IMG/VR virus record: IMGVR_UViG_3300027863_001116
Coordinates: 1-33,667 of that record
DNA: 33,667 nt
Reading direction: 5' to 3' (one strand)
Origin: a virus
Lineage: Duplodnaviria > Caudoviricetes
Shown here: in pieces, positions 1 through 9,612 of the stretch
Layout of the letters: each line of letters opens with the position of its first letter
Numbering within the stretch: the stretch's first letter is position 1
Notes under the pieces: generated by a model
The model's input: the letters and a program-made list of their open reading frames with translations, nothing else
Databases searched by the model: none
What the model was told of the DNA's origin: nothing
Program-made: the position numbers and the translations under genes

Positions 1-141
1 TCACCAGTAATTATTTGTGAAGCAGCAACTGTATTAGAATTTAATGAAATAAATAATATATTAATTCCATTAGGATATGAAGTTCCGAGAATAAGATTTA
101 ATGCAACACCAACATATATTTGGGAATATAAAAATATGTAA
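1..141 (+). CDS. 3' end of a probable FkbM-family methyltransferase (partial)
   Basis: Frame 1 is open from the window start: SPVIICEAATVLEFNEINNILIPLGYEVPRIRFNATPTYIWEYKNM*. The P-V-I-x-x-E...LGY pattern resembles FkbM C-termini, and the gene sits among glycosylation genes. Confidence 0.5.
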   Translation, partial: SPVIICEAATVLEFNEINNILIPLGYEVPRIRFNATPTYIWEYKNM

Positions 142-233
142 ATGATTATCAGTTTCAATATGATTGTCCTTTTGGTGATGGACATTCTGCAGAAAAAATT
201 ACTAATATTTTAAAGAATATTTTAAATGCATAA
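132..233 (+). pseudogene. Orphan C-terminal fragment resembling UDP-GlcNAc 2-epimerase (WecB/NeuC)
   Basis: Reads KYVNDYQFQYDCPFGDGHSAEKITNILKNILNA*. PFGDGHSAEKI matches the PYGDGxAxxxI C-terminal motif. There is an in-frame stop at 129-131 and no ATG. Confidence 0.55.
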
Positions 234-244
234 AATTATAGTTT

Positions 245-958
245 ATGGCAAGAGTAAATCTTATAATAAGATCTTTTAATCGTTTGGAATATACTGTACT
301 TACAGTTCGAGAAATTGATCGTTTGGCTGGTTATGATGATTATAAAATGATAATAGTTGACCAAGCAAGTACTGATGGTACAGGCTTGTGGTTAAAATCT
401 TTAGTGAAAGAAGGATATTATAAGATAAAACCAATTTTTCTTGGTTATAATGCGGGAGATTTTGGTGGTATGAAAATTGGATATGAAAATCTTGATAATG
501 ATTGTGAATATGTGATGCAATGGGATAATGATTGCCCACCAATTACCGAATATTTTTTGCGTGATATTGTAAGTGTAATGGACGCTTTTCCAAATATTGG
601 TCAATTAATGTTAAAAAGAAATGGTGTTGGTAATGTAATACCAATTAGCAATATTCAAGAATTTAATGGTGTTAGATTTGGTGATGTATTGAGGGTAACA
701 TGCGTTAATATCCAAAGAAGAAAAATAGTGGAAGATATTGGATTTTGGGTTGTTAATGAATCGGTTTATTGGGATTTTGTGCTAAATGATAAAATGCGTG
801 AACGTGGATATGATTTAAAAAAATGTGAAAATATTAGAATTGTTTATGTTGATGTATTTCCAGAAATTAATTTGAATTTACAAAGTAAAAAATATTCTCT
901 TTATATGAAAAATAAAAATAATAAAATAAATTATACTTCAGTAAATTATAATATATAA
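245..958 (+). CDS. Glycosyltransferase family 2
   Basis: IIRSFNR, IIVDQASTDGT and a DxD motif (WDND). Confidence 0.85.
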   Translation: MARVNLIIRSFNRLEYTVLTVREIDRLAGYDDYKMIIVDQASTDGTGLWLKSLVKEGYYKIKPIFLGYNAGDFGGMKIGYENLDNDCEYVMQWDNDCPPITEYFLRDIVSVMDAFPNIGQLMLKRNGVGNVIPISNIQEFNGVRFGDVLRVTCVNIQRRKIVEDIGFWVVNESVYWDFVLNDKMRERGYDLKKCENIRIVYVDVFPEINLNLQSKKYSLYMKNKNNKINYTSVNYNI

Positions 959-1755
959 TGATGAAAGAAAAGACAAAGGTTTTGGTGATTGGTGATAGTT
1001 GTTTGGATGTTTTTCAATATGGTAGGTGCGAAAGATTAAGTCCAGAAGCACCGGTTCCCGTTTTTTTACCAACAAAAAAGAAAGAGAATGGTGGTATGGC
1101 TTTAAATGTTTTGAATAACTTAAAAGCATTGGGTGTTGAATGCGATATATTAACCAATAAGTTTTTATCGATAAAAACTAGATATGTTGATGAAATAAGT
1201 AATCAAATGTTAATTAGAATTGATGAAAATGATAATGTTAAACGAATTACTCAAGAAGAACTTGAAAGTATTAATTTAGATAATTATGCTGCTGTTATGA
1301 TTAGTGATTATAATAAAGGTTATTTAGATATTGATGATATTATGTGGATTGCAGATAATCATTCGTTAACATTTATAGACACGAAGAAAGAGCTTGGTGA
1401 GTGGTGTAATAAAATTAAATTTATCAAAATTAACAAAAAAGAATATGATCGTAATTCTAAGTATTTAGATAATAAATATCCGCATAATGCGGTAATTACT
1501 TTGGGAAAGGATGGTGCATTATTAATATTAAATAATAATGGTATTATAAGTAAAAAATATTTTTCTATTGAAGAAGAGCATGACGTTCGCGATCTTTCAG
1601 GTGCAGGAGATACTTTTTTTGCGGCATTAGTTGCAAGTTATTTAAAAAATAATGATATTTGTGATGCTATTAATTTTGCAAATAAATGTGCTTCATGGGT
1701 AGTGACACAAAAAGGGGTGGTTGTTGTGGATGTGAATAAAATAGATAGACGATGA
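958..1755 (+). CDS. PfkB-family kinase, HldE/RfaE (heptose-7-phosphate kinase) domain-like
   Basis: VLVIGDSCLD, RLSPEAPVPV, ISDYNKG and DLSGAGDTF motifs. Confidence 0.85.
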   Translation: MMKEKTKVLVIGDSCLDVFQYGRCERLSPEAPVPVFLPTKKKENGGMALNVLNNLKALGVECDILTNKFLSIKTRYVDEISNQMLIRIDENDNVKRITQEELESINLDNYAAVMISDYNKGYLDIDDIMWIADNHSLTFIDTKKELGEWCNKIKFIKINKKEYDRNSKYLDNKYPHNAVITLGKDGALLILNNNGIISKKYFSIEEEHDVRDLSGAGDTFFAALVASYLKNNDICDAINFANKCASWVVTQKGVVVVDVNKIDRR

Positions 1756-1796
1756 AATTATGAAAAAATGGCTTTGAATAAAATAAATTTAAATAT

Positions 1797-2429
1797 ATGA
1801 AAATTGCCAACATTGTTTATGAAAAAGATTTGGTAAATCACACTAAGGTTGATTATATTAATTATTATAATCAACAAATAATTTATGATGATTTGGACAA
1901 ATCACTACCCACATTATATGTAGGATGGTCATTTATGAAACAATGCAATCCGAATAATGAAATTATACAGAGTGCTAATATTTTAAAAAAGAAAATAATA
2001 ACAAATGAATTATATTGGGAATTTTCTTTTGAAGAAAATAAATCCTCACATGTTAATGGTATTGAGAAATTTGTTAATTTGGTGCCTCAACTTTATTTTA
2101 CACCTAAATATCAATATGTTAATTTAGATCCATTGTTTTTTCAAATTGCAGATATTGAAGATTTAGTTACAATAACACCCAAAGAAATTGATTCTATATA
2201 TCTTTTTAAGGATGATTTTTTATATTTATTAAAAGAAAATAAGATATGGGGTATAAATTTACAATTATATCGATATTTTTTATTTGATATTGGAATTATA
2301 AAAAATAGTTTTATTGAAAAATCAAAAAAAGTGTTTGATGATAAAGACGGAGAATTGTATATTACTCAATTTAAAATATTTCCCACATTTGAACAATTGA
2401 AAAGATATATGGTGGTTATCTTATCATAA
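1797..2429 (+). CDS. Hypothetical protein
   Basis: 210-aa ORF, co-oriented with neighbours, no motif recognised. Confidence 0.75.
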   Translation: MKIANIVYEKDLVNHTKVDYINYYNQQIIYDDLDKSLPTLYVGWSFMKQCNPNNEIIQSANILKKKIITNELYWEFSFEENKSSHVNGIEKFVNLVPQLYFTPKYQYVNLDPLFFQIADIEDLVTITPKEIDSIYLFKDDFLYLLKENKIWGINLQLYRYFLFDIGIIKNSFIEKSKKVFDDKDGELYITQFKIFPTFEQLKRYMVVILS

Positions 2430-2504
2430 ATTCTGTTTATTTTTTTTTATAAACATATTTTTTTTTATGATATTGAATGTCATAATAAAAATTAATTATT
2501 GTAA

Positions 2505-2513
2505 GTATTTATA
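2505..2513 (+). promoter_or_regulatory. GTATTTATA putative phage late promoter motif
   Basis: The same motif recurs shortly upstream of many gene starts in the window. Confidence 0.55.
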
Positions 2514-2528
2514 TTAAAATATTATATT

Positions 2529-2705
2529 ATGAAAAATAAAATTGAAAAAACAATTGATGCTTTTGTTGATGAAAATAAAGAAGAAAAGCAAAAAAAAATA
2601 CAAGCCAAAAAGGTTATTCTCGATGAAAGAGAAGGACTGATTGAGCGTGTAGATAAAATTTATATTACAGAAGATGGTAGACAATTACTTAGAGAATGGT
2701 ATTAA
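2529..2705 (+). CDS. Small hypothetical protein (58 aa; not in ORF track)
   Basis: MKNKIEKTIDAFVDENKEEKQKKIQAKKVILDEREGLIERVDKIYITEDGRQLLREWY*. It follows the GTATTTATA motif and fills the gap before 2718. Confidence 0.75.
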   Translation: MKNKIEKTIDAFVDENKEEKQKKIQAKKVILDEREGLIERVDKIYITEDGRQLLREWY

Positions 2706-2717
2706 TATTTATGTGCG

Positions 2718-3431
2718 ATGGAAAAAAATATAGAAAATAATGTTCAATTAAAAGAACATCTTGATAAAATAAAATATCGTACAAACTATAAAATAAATGA
2801 AACACCAAGATATCGTCCAATAATGGATGATGGTGAAGAATTTGATAGTATACCTGTATTAACAAACGAAGCTGGTGAACAAGAGGATGCACCTATACCT
2901 GGTGGTGGTAGAGATGTTAGAGAACCATCAAATGATCAACCAATAACTACTGATGCACCAATCCCCAAATTTGATGATAAAAGTAAACAATCATTTTCGA
3001 ATGAAGAACCAAATCAAAATGATGATGCAAATCCGGAAAATGTTGGTGATTTGGATAAAGAAGTAGATTTGGTTCAAAATGAAATTATTAAGCACAACAT
3101 TGAAGCAATGAAAAATATACACAATATGCTTCAATCATTGGATAATAGTGTTAAAGAATTAAATAAAAAAGTTGAATCATTAAATAAGGAAGTTGAAGAA
3201 GTGAGGGAACCGTCAAATGTAGAAAAATTGATAAATAAAAAAAGTGTGTCATATCCTTATTATTTTAATTTAAATGATTTGTGGGATGGAAATTGGTTTA
3301 GTTATAATAGAAATAAAGAAAAAAGTGGTTGGATTAGAGAATTACCTGATGGTACATTTGTAGCAGATTTTGATGATTTACCCCAAGTGTCAAATATTGA
3401 TATTCAAAATAGTTATAATGAAATGATATAA
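2718..3431 (+). CDS. Hypothetical acidic/coiled-coil protein (possibly head-associated)
   Basis: Acidic Pro-rich linker, then a heptad segment (LQSLDNSVKELNKKVESLNKEVEEV). Confidence 0.7.
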   Translation: MEKNIENNVQLKEHLDKIKYRTNYKINETPRYRPIMDDGEEFDSIPVLTNEAGEQEDAPIPGGGRDVREPSNDQPITTDAPIPKFDDKSKQSFSNEEPNQNDDANPENVGDLDKEVDLVQNEIIKHNIEAMKNIHNMLQSLDNSVKELNKKVESLNKEVEEVREPSNVEKLINKKSVSYPYYFNLNDLWDGNWFSYNRNKEKSGWIRELPDGTFVADFDDLPQVSNIDIQNSYNEMI

Positions 3432-3491
3432 CTTTTGTTTTGGTTGAAATGTATAAATTAAAATAAATAATATAATAAAAAATGTGGTAAT

Positions 3492-3824
3492 ATGCCAAGT
3501 GTTTATGATAAAAAAAGACTTTTCGAAATGTTTGAAAAGGTAAACGGAATAAAACTTAAAGAAACGGTTGAAAATCCATTTGATGTGGAAAAAGTTACGT
3601 ATTTAAATCCTAAAAATACTCCTCAAATGATTGAATTCCACACATTTCTTATGAGTTATGGTATTGCCGAAATTTATGATAGGTTTGCACCTAAATGGTT
3701 GATTGATAAGTTGGCGGATAATGGTATTATTGAAGAAATTAATAATGTTTGGGTTTTTACTGATAAAGGAAAGGAAATGTTTCCAACACCGCAGAAATTA
3801 CAAAAATGGCTGATGGGAGAATAA
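3492..3824 (+). CDS. Hypothetical protein with KKRLFEMFEKVN N-terminal motif
   Basis: 110-aa ORF. The motif is shared with the next gene. Confidence 0.75.
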   Translation: MPSVYDKKRLFEMFEKVNGIKLKETVENPFDVEKVTYLNPKNTPQMIEFHTFLMSYGIAEIYDRFAPKWLIDKLADNGIIEEINNVWVFTDKGKEMFPTPQKLQKWLMGE

Positions 3825-3825
3825 T

Positions 3826-5568
3826 ATGGAAAAGGGGGACATATATCGGACTAAAAAAAAATTGTTTGAGATGATGATGAAAGTCAATAGGCTTAATGAA
3901 GAAATTGTCCCCATGGATAAAAAAATTAATGTTATTAAAGATTTTATTGAATTTGTTAATGATAAACTTAATTTAAAAGGGAATTTACCGAATATTTCAT
4001 TATCACAAAATCCAGATGAAGCAAAAGAAATGAAATCATTTGGTAAGTATGTTCCTCAAAATAATGAAATTAAAGTAATTATTGCCAATAGAAATTTAGG
4101 AGATATTTTAAGAACAATAGCACATGAATTAGTACATCATAAACAAAAAATAGAAAATAAATTAACGCCTGAATCCGGTAGAACAGGTAGTGAACATGAA
4201 AATGAGGCAAATGCTGTTGCGGGTGCGCTGTTACGGGAATTTGGGCAGAGAAATTCAATAATATACGAACAGACTATGAAAAATAGAAAAATTAAAGACG
4301 ATAAGAAACGTTTAATTGAAATGTTTCAGAAGGTAAATAAAATTACTTTAGATGAATCAATGGTATTAAATTCTTATAATAGAAAGTTATTGGAAGAAAA
4401 ATTTGAAGAATTAAAAAATAAAAAACTTGAAATAAAACATGTCAGCTCTAATATGGTTGATGATGTGTTTTATGTGGAATTAATTTGTTTAGATAATAAT
4501 AAAGATTCTGTTATCTTTAAATTTAAAGTTATTGTTACAGAAACGGAACAAGATAATATTTATACTATTGAAAGTTCAAAACTTATTGGTTTTAAATTGT
4601 TGAGTGATAATTATGGTGTTGCTTTTAATGAAGATATGTTAAGTGAATTTAATGCCCAGCATGTTTCAGATTTGATTGATGTTGTTTATGAATATATTAA
4701 TATTCCATCGAAAATGGAAATTGAATTGGATGAAAAAGCAATGAGTGCCATTCAAAGAATTGATGCAATTCCGTATAAAAAAGGCACTGAATCTATGATT
4801 AAAAATAGTCAATATGCAAATGAAAAACCAACAAATCCTGATTTAAGAGCTGGTGATGAATATAATAAATTTGTTAGTGAAATTGAGGATGGTGTTAATT
4901 TGAATGATGAATATCCGGGAAATGAAGTAAAAAAATTGGCAAAAGAAAAAGAAAAGAGGGGAGAAATAATTAAAGGTGGTCTGGGTGATAATAAATCACC
5001 ACTTGAATTTAATCCCAAACAAATATTAATGGGTATGAAAGTTGAGATGGAACATACTGATGATCCTATGATTGCACTTGAAATTACATTAGATCATTTA
5101 TCAGAAGATCCTGAATATTATACGGTTAAAGATAATCCGGAAGCAAGTGCACAATATAATGCAGCAAAGGATGCAAATAAAAATGAAGAAGATGAAGATA
5201 AAGAAATGACTGATATGCTTTTAGGATATAAATCTAAAAATGTGGGTGATAGCATAGATGAAAGCATTGAAAGTGAATTAAAGAAAAAAAATCCTGCAGA
5301 ATGGCATAGAGTGCAAATTGCGAAAAAAACATTAAGAATGCCTAATGCAATTCTTGGTGTTATGGGAGGTATGACAAAAGAAGAAGCCAGAGATGTTTTA
5401 AATCAATATGGAATTAAGTATGAAGAAACTATTAATGAAGAAGATGAGGTTAAAAATGCGTATCAAAGATATCTAAATTATCAAAATAAGGATTTTAATT
5501 CAATGAGTGATGATGAAAAACGGGATTATTTTGAAATTTGGAATAAATTCAAAAGTATGAAAAAATAA
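3826..5568 (+). CDS. Multidomain protein: HEXXH metallopeptidase-like plus DUF5661-like domain
   Basis: LRTIAHELVHHKQ...ENEANA zincin motif, and GMKVEMEHTDDPMIALEITLDHLSEDPEYY (DUF5661-like pattern, from memory). Confidence 0.6.
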   Translation: MEKGDIYRTKKKLFEMMMKVNRLNEEIVPMDKKINVIKDFIEFVNDKLNLKGNLPNISLSQNPDEAKEMKSFGKYVPQNNEIKVIIANRNLGDILRTIAHELVHHKQKIENKLTPESGRTGSEHENEANAVAGALLREFGQRNSIIYEQTMKNRKIKDDKKRLIEMFQKVNKITLDESMVLNSYNRKLLEEKFEELKNKKLEIKHVSSNMVDDVFYVELICLDNNKDSVIFKFKVIVTETEQDNIYTIESSKLIGFKLLSDNYGVAFNEDMLSEFNAQHVSDLIDVVYEYINIPSKMEIELDEKAMSAIQRIDAIPYKKGTESMIKNSQYANEKPTNPDLRAGDEYNKFVSEIEDGVNLNDEYPGNEVKKLAKEKEKRGEIIKGGLGDNKSPLEFNPKQILMGMKVEMEHTDDPMIALEITLDHLSEDPEYYTVKDNPEASAQYNAAKDANKNEEDEDKEMTDMLLGYKSKNVGDSIDESIESELKKKNPAEWHRVQIAKKTLRMPNAILGVMGGMTKEEARDVLNQYGIKYEETINEEDEVKNAYQRYLNYQNKDFNSMSDDEKRDYFEIWNKFKSMKK

Positions 5569-5599
5569 TTCGAATTTTAATTAATGCATTCAAAATATT

Positions 5600-5642
5600 T
5601 CTCTTATTTTAATATAACTGTATTTATATTAAAATAAAGAGA
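5600..5642 (+). promoter_or_regulatory. Hairpin containing GTATTTATA (5620-5628) and covering the start region of 5642
   Basis: 5604-5617 is the exact reverse complement of 5624-5637. TCTC/GAGA extends the stem to the A of the ATG. Confidence 0.65.
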
Positions 5643-7063
5643 TGTCGGTTTTTAGATCATATTTTAAGAAGAATAATACGTTAATTTATAACAATTTAAC
5701 AAATAATTCTCAGAATCCTGTTACTGAGATATCTTATGGCACATTAGATAAACAGCCGTCGAGATTTATTTTTGATATTGATTTAGATAATTTAAAAAAT
5801 AAAATTTCTAATGGTTTAATAAATCCCAATAGAATTGTTAAGCATATTTTGCACATGACTAATACGATTAGTTATGCACCACAATATATTGGAAAAAAAT
5901 CTTATGAATCTGATATTCAAAGAGCAAGTGGTTTTAAATTGGATTTGTTTAATATTGATGAGGATTGGGACGAAGGAAGTGGATATGATTTTATTTATAA
6001 TGATAGTTTATACGTATATTCTGATTCATTTAATCGAAGTGCATCGAATTGGTTTTTTAGAAAAACAAATATTCCCTGGACGTATGAAGGTGCATATACA
6101 GGTGGAACACAAATTATAGGATATCAATATTTTGATAAAGGAAATGAAAATATTGATATTGATGTTACTGATTATATTAATCAGAGATTATTTGGTAGTG
6201 GTTATACAGGAACATCAGCATATAGTGGAAATTCCTTTGGACTTGGAATAAAATTTCCTGATGATATTGAATTTACTGAAACAATAGATCGTCAAGCGGT
6301 TGCATTTCATGCAAAAAATACGAATACATGGTATGAACCTTATATTGAAACAATAATTGATGATACAATTAAAGATGATAGAAATTATTTTTATTTGGAT
6401 AAAAATAATGATATTTATTTATATATTAATATTGGCAATTTTCCACAAAATATTACAGTAAATAAGGTGGATATTTTTGACCATAATGATAATTTAGTTA
6501 AAACTATTAACACGAGTGGGATTACAAATATAAATAAAGGTATATATAAAATTACTTTAAATTTAAGTTCAAATGAATTTGTAGATTCAGTTTTATTTAA
6601 AGATGTTTGGGATTTAACTATTAATGGTAGAAATACTCAATATGATGGTGTGTTTTATTTAATTTCTCCTGATAATTATTATAGAATAAATCAGTTGAAT
6701 ACAATTAATTTTGATAATTATTATTTTTATTTTTCAGGAATTGGTCAAAATGAAAATATTACAGCAGGTAATATCAGAAAAATAAAATTGACAATAAAAG
6801 AAATGTATCCAAATCAAAATAAATTTATACCTTTGGATATTGAATATAGATTATTTACAACATTGGGTAAAAAATATGAAATTGATGTAATTCCATATAC
6901 TCCTGTAAATCGAACAAATTATGGATATGAATTTAATTTAGATACTTCTTGGCTTATACCACAAGATTATTATTTGCAAATAAGAATGAGGAATGGTGAT
7001 TATTATGAAAATAAGCAAACACTTTCATTTACAATTGTTTCTGATGGTAATTTAAATAAATAA
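5642..7063 (+). CDS. Hypothetical, probable virion structural protein
   Basis: 473 aa, beta-strand and aromatic-rich, preceded by the putative late motif. Confidence 0.6.
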   Translation: MSVFRSYFKKNNTLIYNNLTNNSQNPVTEISYGTLDKQPSRFIFDIDLDNLKNKISNGLINPNRIVKHILHMTNTISYAPQYIGKKSYESDIQRASGFKLDLFNIDEDWDEGSGYDFIYNDSLYVYSDSFNRSASNWFFRKTNIPWTYEGAYTGGTQIIGYQYFDKGNENIDIDVTDYINQRLFGSGYTGTSAYSGNSFGLGIKFPDDIEFTETIDRQAVAFHAKNTNTWYEPYIETIIDDTIKDDRNYFYLDKNNDIYLYINIGNFPQNITVNKVDIFDHNDNLVKTINTSGITNINKGIYKITLNLSSNEFVDSVLFKDVWDLTINGRNTQYDGVFYLISPDNYYRINQLNTINFDNYYFYFSGIGQNENITAGNIRKIKLTIKEMYPNQNKFIPLDIEYRLFTTLGKKYEIDVIPYTPVNRTNYGYEFNLDTSWLIPQDYYLQIRMRNGDYYENKQTLSFTIVSDGNLNK

Positions 7064-7082
7064 ATAATTCACAAAAAAAAAC

Positions 7083-7113
7083 TTGTATTTTTGAAAAAAA
7101 TTTACTATATTTG
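7083..7113 (+). promoter_or_regulatory. Bacteroidota-type housekeeping promoter (-33 TTG, -7 TATATTTG)
   Basis: TTG at 7083-7085, 20-nt spacer, TATATTTG at 7106-7113. Confidence 0.7.
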
Positions 7114-7222
7114 TAATGTTATTTTTTTACTTACGTTCTATGTAAGGAATTTGTGAACTGAAATAGTGAACTGTAAGTGGAATTATTATTTGAAATTATT
7201 ATTAACTGTAAAATTTATTATT

Positions 7223-8431
7223 ATGAGTACACTAAATGAATTAGATGAATTGAAAAAAATGTTTGCTGATTATCAAAAAAAGCAAGCAGGTGAAATCAAA
7301 AAAAAATCTCGCGAAGAACTTTTAGCGAAGTATTTTGTTCCTCGAAAAAACAAAGAGGTTTTTAGAATTCTTCCCCCTAAACCAGGAAAAAAACGTATTG
7401 AAGAAGCGTTTTTTCATGTGGTTCCGACTCTAACCGCTGGCGGAAAAAAGAAGTATGGTACGGTTATTTATTGCCCTGCGCATAATGACCCTAGAGTTCC
7501 TAAATTGGGCACTGATGGAAAACCCATTCTTGACCAAAACGGTAATGCTATAATGGTACCTGCACCTTGTCCATTATGTGCTAAACATAAGAAAATTTTA
7601 TCCACTCAGGATCCTACAATAAAGGGGATTAAAAAGGAAAATATGACTCCCAAGCAACTGGAAATTAATGAAAGGAATAAGAAAATATTTTTAGAAGCTA
7701 GTTTGTGGGAAGCCAAAAAGTTTTACATTCTTCGTGGAATTGATAGGGGGGTTGAAAAAGATGGTGTAAAATTTTGGAGATTTAAGCATAATTTTAAAAA
7801 TCAGGGTATACTTGATAAACTTCTTCCTGTTCTTGAACAGTACACTCTAACATATGGTGCTGATTATGCAAGTCCTACTGATGGTACTGATTTGACAATT
7901 ATGATGACCGATAGTGAATTTAATGGTCGTACATATAAGGCGGTAACCGCAATTTTGTTTAATGGAAAATCTCCGTTGCATTTAGATTCATTAATAGCAA
8001 ATGAATGGCTTAATGATGATATAAGTTGGAGAGATGTATATAAACCCAGAAGTGCTCCTGGTATTACACCATATGAATATCTTGAAATGGTTGCTAATGG
8101 AGTAAATCCGTATTGGGATGATATTGATCAAAATAATAAGCATTGGGTATTTCCAGGACGTCCTGATTTGGAAGAAATTGCTAATACTAAAAATCGTAAT
8201 CTTAATGCAGAAAATGATTATAATTTTGAGTATGCGTCAGATTTGTATGATGATGAAAGTAATTATAATGTAAATATTAGCAACATAACTGAATCTGATG
8301 TGGGTAAATATAAGGATAATGCAGTTAATCTTTCAAATGTTAAATTAGATTCTGATGATGAAGATGACGATAAAAATATTGAAATTGATGAATCATCAGG
8401 TAGTACTGAATATGAAGATCTTCCGTTTTAA
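7223..8431 (+). CDS. T4 gp32-like single-stranded DNA-binding protein
   Basis: FRILPP, CPAH...CPLC Zn ligands, GTDLTI and an acidic tail ending EDLPF; lies upstream of RecA. ATG 7223 preferred over GTG 7166. Confidence 0.75.
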   Translation: MSTLNELDELKKMFADYQKKQAGEIKKKSREELLAKYFVPRKNKEVFRILPPKPGKKRIEEAFFHVVPTLTAGGKKKYGTVIYCPAHNDPRVPKLGTDGKPILDQNGNAIMVPAPCPLCAKHKKILSTQDPTIKGIKKENMTPKQLEINERNKKIFLEASLWEAKKFYILRGIDRGVEKDGVKFWRFKHNFKNQGILDKLLPVLEQYTLTYGADYASPTDGTDLTIMMTDSEFNGRTYKAVTAILFNGKSPLHLDSLIANEWLNDDISWRDVYKPRSAPGITPYEYLEMVANGVNPYWDDIDQNNKHWVFPGRPDLEEIANTKNRNLNAENDYNFEYASDLYDDESNYNVNISNITESDVGKYKDNAVNLSNVKLDSDDEDDDKNIEIDESSGSTEYEDLPF

Positions 8432-8448
8432 AGTTTTTTAAAAATATG

Positions 8449-8475
8449 AAGGGGGAAGCAATTCCCCCTTTATTT
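8449..8475 (+). terminator. Intrinsic terminator-like hairpin
   Basis: AAGGGGGAA-GCAA-TTCCCCCTT followed by TATTT. Confidence 0.7.
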
Positions 8476-8517
8476 AAAATAAGTGATAATTGAATAAATA
8501 ATTAATAATTTAAAATT

Positions 8518-9612
8518 ATGGCAAAGGATATTGAAAATCTTAAAGAAGTTCCTTCAAATTCATCTAGAAAACCAACCCCAATGAAAAGTTTTTCATTAGA
8601 TGATTTTAAGAAAAAAGTGGGAGCAGAAAATACAACAGAAAAACCGTTACGATGGATTCCGGCATCTAAAGCATTACAAGTTGCAACAGGATTACCTGGT
8701 TTTCCAATGGGATATGTTAGTTTGGCTCGTGGTTTTACAAATACAGGTAAATCTACTGCAATATGTGAAGCTATTGTTAGTGCGCAAAAGATGGGAATTC
8801 TTCCGATTATTATTGATACTGAAAATAATTTAGGGCATGATAGATTAGAAAGAATGGGATTTAATTGGAAAGGAGATCATATTTTAGTTAAAAATGATTT
8901 TTTATTAAAACAATTTGGTAAAAAGGTTGATAAAAATCGTAATGAGGCATCAATTGAAGATTTAAGAGTGGCTATTGATTATTTTCTTGATGCACAAGAA
9001 AATGGTGATTTACCTTATGAATTGTTATTTGCAATTGATAGTTTAGGTACTCTTGATTGTAATAAGACAATTATGGCACAAGAAAATAATACCACAGATA
9101 ATAATATGTGGAATGCTGGTGCATTTGAAAAGCATTTTAAATATTTGTTAAATAACACAATACCAAGTAGCAGGCAGTCAAATCGTAAATATACAAATAC
9201 TATAATTGGTGTTCAAAAGATTTGGATTGATAATTTAGGTAATGGTGTTGTAAAACATAAGGGTGGTGAAACATTTTATTATGGTTCAAGATTAATTTAT
9301 CATTTTGGCGGTATTGTTGCTCATGCAACTAAAAAAGTTGAAGCTATAAGTAAAACAAGAAAAGTAACATATGGAATTGAAACTACTGTGAGTGTTGCAA
9401 AAAATCAAATTGATGGAGAACTTGGAGGGATTTCTTTTGAAGGGAAAATAATTTCAACACCTCATGGATTTATTCTTCCTGAAGAAATAGATGATTATAA
9501 AAAAGAGCATATTCTTTATTTTAGAGAAAAATTGGGTGCTGATATAAATGCAGAGGACATTAGTGATAAATTTACTGAAATTAAGGAAGGTGAGATTTTG
9601 GAAATTGAATGA
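8518..9612 (+). CDS. RecA/UvsX-like recombinase
   Basis: Walker A GFTNTGKST, IIIDTEN, AIDSLG and KGGETFYYGSRL. Confidence 0.85.
   Translation: MAKDIENLKEVPSNSSRKPTPMKSFSLDDFKKKVGAENTTEKPLRWIPASKALQVATGLPGFPMGYVSLARGFTNTGKSTAICEAIVSAQKMGILPIIIDTENNLGHDRLERMGFNWKGDHILVKNDFLLKQFGKKVDKNRNEASIEDLRVAIDYFLDAQENGDLPYELLFAIDSLGTLDCNKTIMAQENNTTDNNMWNAGAFEKHFKYLLNNTIPSSRQSNRKYTNTIIGVQKIWIDNLGNGVVKHKGGETFYYGSRLIYHFGGIVAHATKKVEAISKTRKVTYGIETTVSVAKNQIDGELGGISFEGKIISTPHGFILPEEIDDYKKEHILYFREKLGADINAEDISDKFTEIKEGEILEIE

Noticed and set aside
2465-2485. TTATGATAT/ATGTCATAA hairpin as a terminator
   Set aside because: Weak AU-rich stem with no clean U tract following it.
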